The notes below the pieces were generated by a model. The model ran no database searches. It had not been told where the DNA came from and saw only the letters and a list, made by a program, of their open reading frames with translations. A DNA stretch of 45,666 bases from Acidimicrobiales bacterium (GTDB lineage Bacteria > Actinomycetota > Acidimicrobiia > Acidimicrobiales > GCA-2861595): positions 1 through 45,666 of the forward strand of contig DATLFQ010000041.1 of assembly GCA_035540915.1 (NCBI GenBank), given 5' to 3'. Each line of letters opens with the position of its first letter. The stretch's first letter is position 1. Below are positions 39,253 to 45,666 of this stretch, piece after piece. Both the position numbers and the translations under genes were made by a program.

Positions 39253-39872
39253 GCGTCATCTCCTCGCCGGCCGGGCAGGGTCGCCCGGGTGAAGACGAGC
39301 CAGTCCGCCCGGAGGACGTCGTAGGCGTTGAGGTCGGTGGCCGGCAGGAGATGGACGTCGGGCAGGTTGCGGAACGACTTGGCCGCCGCCTCGTCCTCCG
39401 GCCCGAGCACGACCAGCAGTCGGCCGGTCACGCCCAGCGCAGTCAGCGCCGCTCGGGCGCCCTTGGTCGAGGGGGCCGGGAAGTCCCAGCCCTCGACGAC
39501 CACGACCCGACCCTCGGCCGCCCTGTCGGACAGGGCCGATCGCAGGGCCAGCTGCACCATCTTCTTGGGGGTCTTCTGCGCGTAGCTGCGGGGCTTGGGA
39601 CCGAGGGCGACGCCGCCTCCTGTCCAGTGCGGCGCCCGGCTGGAGCCCTGCCGCGCCCGACCGGTCCCCTTCTGGCGCCAGGGCTTGGCCCCGCCGCCGC
39701 GGACCTCGGCCCGGGTCAGGGTGGACTGCGTGCCCGAGCGGGCGGCGGCCAGCTGGGCGGTGACGACCTGGTGCATCACGGCGACGTTCGGCTGGACGCC
39801 GAAGGTGGCGTCGTCCAGGTCGACCGAACCGGCCTCGGACCCGTCGGGCCGGCGGACGGCGACGCTGGTCAC
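39249..39872 (-). CDS. rplD: 50S ribosomal protein L4
   Basis: 207 aa. [43 protein letters not shown] 39872 overlaps the rplC stop (GTGA). Confidence 0.97.
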   Translation of the reverse strand: MTSVAVRRPDGSEAGSVDLDDATFGVQPNVAVMHQVVTAQLAAARSGTQSTLTRAEVRGGGAKPWRQKGTGRARQGSSRAPHWTGGGVALGPKPRSYAQKTPKKMVQLALRSALSDRAAEGRVVVVEGWDFPAPSTKGARAALTALGVTGRLLVVLGPEDEAAAKSFRNLPDVHLLPATDLNAYDVLRADWLVFTRATLPGRRGDDA

Positions 39873-40519
39873 GACGTCACCTGCTTGGCCTTGACGGCGT
39901 TGCGGATGAGCACCAACCCGCCGCGCGGGCCGGGCACCGCGCCTTTGACCAGCAGCAGGTCGCGCTCGGCGTCGGCCTCGACCACCTGGAGGTTCAGCGT
40001 CGTCACCTGACGATTGCCCATCTGGCCGGCCATCCGCGTGCCCTTGAAGACGCGGGCCGGGGTGGCGCAGGCGCCCACCGAGCCCGGCGCGCGGTGCTTC
40101 TTGTGGTTGCCGTGGGAGGCGCCCTGCCCGGCGAAGTTGTGGCGCTTGACCACGCCGGCGAAGCCCTTGCCCTTGCTCACCGCCGTGACGTCGACCCGCT
40201 CGCCGGCGGCCAGCAGGTCCACCTTCAGTTCCTGGCCGACGCTGTACCCGTTGGTGTCCTCCAGGCGCAGCTCCACCAGGCGGGCACCCGGCTCGACGCC
40301 GGCCTTGGCGAAGTGGCCCGCTTCCGGCTTGGTCAGCCGGCTGGTTTTGACCGACCCGAACGTGACCTGGACGGCGGAGTAGCCGTCGCGCTCGGGCGTC
40401 TTCACCTGGACCACCCGCAGGGGTGCGACCTTCACGACGGTCACCGGCACGGCACGGTTCTGGTCATCCCAGATCTGGGTCATGCCCACCTTCTCACCGA
40501 TGATCGCCTTGCGGGCCAT
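39869..40519 (-). CDS. rplC: 50S ribosomal protein L3
   Basis: 216 aa from ATG 40519. [19 protein letters not shown]...[23 protein letters not shown]. The upstream GTG 40546 of the ORF track adds 9 non-conserved residues. Confidence 0.96.
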   Translation of the reverse strand: MARKAIIGEKVGMTQIWDDQNRAVPVTVVKVAPLRVVQVKTPERDGYSAVQVTFGSVKTSRLTKPEAGHFAKAGVEPGARLVELRLEDTNGYSVGQELKVDLLAAGERVDVTAVSKGKGFAGVVKRHNFAGQGASHGNHKKHRAPGSVGACATPARVFKGTRMAGQMGNRQVTTLNLQVVEADAERDLLLVKGAVPGPRGGLVLIRNAVKAKQVTS

Positions 40520-40555
40520 GCCTGTGCTTACGCAGCCTTTCGCCACTCACGCGAA

Positions 40556-40627
40556 CGCTCCGCACCGGGTCCCCGGGCGGAGCGCTGATTCGGATTCGCT
40601 GCGGCGTCCCCGAATGGGCGGCCGCAG
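40556..40627 (-). promoter_or_regulatory. Structured RNA candidate in the rpsJ-rplC spacer
   Basis: One GC-rich hairpin lies at 40556..40584: CGCTCCGC(A)CCGG-loop-CCGGGCGGAGCG. Two interleaved complementary pairs follow. ATTCGG 40588..40593 pairs with CCGAAT 40610..40615, and CTGCGGC 40599..40605 pairs with GCCGCAG 40621..40627. There is also a tandem GATTCG GATTCG repeat. Confidence 0.3.
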
Positions 40628-40653
40628 ACGTCGGTTGGAACAGCCGGGACAGC

Positions 40654-40974
40654 CTACTGGATGCGGATCTCGATGTCGACGCCGGCGGGAAGGTCCAGGC
40701 GCTGCAACGAATCCACCGTCTTGGGGCTGTGCTCGACGATGTCGATCAGCCGCTTGTGGACCCGCATCTCGAAGTGCTCGCGGCTGTCCTTGTACTTGTG
40801 CGGCGACCGGATCACCGTGTACCGGCTCGTCTCGGTCGGAAGGGGGACCGGGCCGCGCACCTTGGCCTGCGTGCGCAGCACCGTCTCCACGATCTTCTTC
40901 GTCGACTGATCGATGATCTCGTGGTCGTAGGCCTTCAGCCTGATCCTGATCTTCTGCTTCTGGCCGTCGGCCAC
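40654..40974 (-). CDS. rpsJ: 30S ribosomal protein S10
   Basis: This is the last 106 aa of ORF 40654..44073. (V)[31 protein letters not shown]...[27 protein letters not shown] at 40974. Confidence 0.96.
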   Translation of the reverse strand: MADGQKQKIRIRLKAYDHEIIDQSTKKIVETVLRTQAKVRGPVPLPTETSRYTVIRSPHKYKDSREHFEMRVHKRLIDIVEHSPKTVDSLQRLDLPAGVDIEIRIQ

Positions 40975-40988
40975 TGGCGTCCCGTCCC

Positions 40989-42182
<1,194 letters not shown>

Positions 42183-42191
42183 AGCTCCTCT

Positions 42192-44291
<2,100 letters not shown>

Positions 44292-44354
44292 GGAAGAAGC
44301 TTTCTGTGCGAAGGGTCGATCCGGCTCCGCCGGTCGGCCCGGAGCGCCTCTAGC

Positions 44355-44383
44355 TCGCCGGCCAAGCTCTGCTTGGCCGGCGA
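44355..44383 (-). terminator. 12-bp perfect stem-loop immediately after the rpsG stop (attenuator or mRNA-stabilising hairpin)
   Basis: TCGCCGGCCAAG (44355..44366), loop CTCTG, CTTGGCCGGCGA (44372..44383). It begins 1 nt after the TAA of rpsG, inside the 93-nt rpsG-fusA spacer. No U-tract. Confidence 0.4.
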
Positions 44384-44384
44384 C

Positions 44385-44855
44385 TTACCAGCGGTAGTGC
44401 GCGAAGGCCTTGTTCGACTCGGCCATCTTGTGCATGTCCTCGCGGCGCTTCACGGCCGAGCCGACGCCGTTGGAGGCGTCAAGCAGCTCGTTGGCCAGGC
44501 GCTGGGCCATCGTCTTCTCCCGCCGTTGGCGGGAGTAGCCGACCAGCCAGCGAACCGACAGGGTGGTCGAGCGGCGGGGCCGGACCTCGACGGGCACCTG
44601 GTAGGTGGCGCCGCCGACCCTGCGGCTCTTGACCTCGAGGGCCGGCTTGGTGTTGTCGACCGCCCGCTTCAGCGTGGCGATCGGCTCGGCGCCGCTCTTT
44701 TCCTTCACGATCTCGAGTGCGTCGTAGACGATGCGCTCGGCCAGCGTCCGCTTGCCGCGGCTGAGCACCTTGTTGATCAGCTGGGTGACCATGGCCGACC
44801 GGTACACCGGGTCGGGCACGAGGTCGCGGCGGGGCGCAGGACCCTTGCGGGGCAT
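44385..44855 (-). CDS. rpsG: 30S ribosomal protein S7
   Basis: This is the C-terminal 156 aa of ORF 44385..44906. [20 protein letters not shown]...[17 protein letters not shown]...NKAFAHYRW. Confidence 0.97.
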   Translation of the reverse strand: MPRKGPAPRRDLVPDPVYRSAMVTQLINKVLSRGKRTLAERIVYDALEIVKEKSGAEPIATLKRAVDNTKPALEVKSRRVGGATYQVPVEVRPRRSTTLSVRWLVGYSRQRREKTMAQRLANELLDASNGVGSAVKRREDMHKMAESNKAFAHYRW

Positions 44856-44859
44856 CGGC

Positions 44860-45228
44860 TCAGTCCTTCTTCGCGCCGTAGCGGCTGCGGGCCTGCTTGC
44901 GGTCACGGACGCCCGAGGTGTCGAGGGTGCCGCGGATGATCTTGTAGCGCACCCCCGGGAGGTCCTTCACCCGGCCGCCACGGACCAGCACAATGGAGTG
45001 CTCCTGCAGGTTGTGCCCGACGCCGGGGATGTAGGCGGTGACCTCGGTGCCGCTGGTGAGCCGCACTCGGGCCACCTTGCGCAGCGCCGAGTTCGGCTTC
45101 TTGGGGGTGGTCGTGTAGACGCGGGTGCACACCCCCCGCCGCTGGGGCGCGCCCTTCAGGGCCGGCGTCTTGGTCTTGGTCAGCTTCGACTCGCGGCCCT
45201 TCCGGACCAGCTGGGCAATGGTGGGCAA
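44860..45228 (-). CDS. rpsL: 30S ribosomal protein S12
   Basis: This is the C-terminal 122 aa of ORF 44860..45342. (L)[59 protein letters not shown] start at 45228 with AGAGGAA 6 nt upstream. Confidence 0.96.
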   Translation of the reverse strand: MPTIAQLVRKGRESKLTKTKTPALKGAPQRRGVCTRVYTTTPKKPNSALRKVARVRLTSGTEVTAYIPGVGHNLQEHSIVLVRGGRVKDLPGVRYKIIRGTLDTSGVRDRKQARSRYGAKKD

Positions 45229-45244
45229 CCCGATTCCTCTCTCA

Positions 45245-45286
45245 GGCCCTTGCGGGCCGACCGACCAGCGTAGCAGCGTCGGTCGG
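45245..45286 (-). promoter_or_regulatory. Two adjacent hairpins in the rpsL 5' leader
   Basis: In mRNA sense: CCGACCGA-N14-TCGGTCGG (45286..45257), followed by GGCCC-GCAA-GGGCC (45258..45245, GNRA-type loop). They lie 17-58 nt upstream of the TTG start. Confidence 0.25.
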
Positions 45287-45491
45287 AGCCGCCACACGGT
45301 GACCACCGGGGCCGGGCGCCGTCGTGCGGCTTCGCCTTGCACACTGCCTTGTCATGGCCGACGACGGACGTCGAACTCGCCATCGACGCCCTGCTCCGGG
45401 CCGCCTGGTCCAGGCTGCGACCCGCCCCCTGTCCCCGAGGTCATCCCTCACGGCGACCGACGCCGGTCTGGAGCTTCGCCACCTTCGCCCG

Positions 45492-45656
45492 CTACCCGGC
45501 CTCCTCCTCGCCGCCGCCGGTCGGAAGGTCGGCGGGCGTGCCGATGTTGGCCAGCCAGGCGGCCAGATCCTCGGTCTCGGCGTCGGCGTCGGACGACCAG
45601 CCCAGCATGGGCTCGTAGTCGGGCGCCTCCAGGTCGAACTCGCGGTAGCGGCTCAT
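45492..45656 (-). CDS. Small acidic ORF (54 aa from ATG 45656; frame stays open to window edge, so may be the C-terminus of a longer protein)
   Basis: Hand translation: MSRYREFDLEAPDYEPMLGWSSDADAETEDLAAWLANIGTPADLPTGGGEEEAG, with stop TAG at 45494..45492. Almost every third codon position is G/C, as in real genes here. It is absent from the ORF track, presumably because of length or edge rules. Confidence 0.45.
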   Translation of the reverse strand: MSRYREFDLEAPDYEPMLGWSSDADAETEDLAAWLANIGTPADLPTGGGEEEAG

Positions 45657-45666
45657 GCCCGTGCCG

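Noticed and set aside
45337-45618. 93-aa plus-strand ORF upstream of rpsL
   Set aside because: It is antisense to the better-supported acidic minus-strand ORF. It is Pro/Ser/Ala-rich with a poor third-position GC pattern.

Overview
This window is a high-GC core chromosome segment of actinobacterial type, about 70% G+C by spot hand counts. Almost all of it is transcribed on the minus strand.

Gene order from high to low coordinate:
- str operon (rpsL-rpsG-fusA-tuf), joined with only a 14-nt gap to the S10 block (rpsJ to rpsQ).
- spc block (rplN to rplO, then secY-adk-map).
- A plus-strand tlyA-like methyltransferase.
- infA-rpmJ and the alpha operon (rpsM-rpsK-rpsD-rpoA-rplQ).
- truA, rplM-rpsI and glmM.
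- An atypical 1133-aa GlmS-like protein.
- acpS, nnr, alr, an alpha/beta hydrolase and a family-4 uracil-DNA glycosylase.
- tsaE-tsaB-rimI-tsaD, then CIRCE-controlled groES-groEL.
- Two small unknown ORFs, then guaB3-guaA.
- A short lower-GC patch with a plus-strand DUF222/HNH gene and a frameshifted J-domain gene.
- pcrA-mgtC and a padR gene cut by the window edge.

I found no rRNA, tRNA, CRISPR array, transposase or recognisable defence system. Most long ORFs in the six-frame track are antisense or off-frame shadow ORFs, typical of high-GC DNA.

The window is mostly ordinary housekeeping DNA. The best candidate for something undescribed is the double-length GlmS-like enzyme, which carries three extra sequence blocks. 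Secondary curiosities:
- infA has no canonical start codon in frame and probably starts at CTG.
- The HNH ORF has no stop codon until about 490 nt into the antisense of guaA.
- A J-domain gene is split at a homopolymer.
- The rpsJ-rplC spacer is 134 nt and looks structured.
- L24 carries four cysteines in a zinc-ribbon-like arrangement.
- Start and stop codons overlap at most gene junctions from the GlmS-like gene down to tsaD.

All family calls come from motif recognition in the supplied translations and from hand reading of the DNA. No database search was possible.
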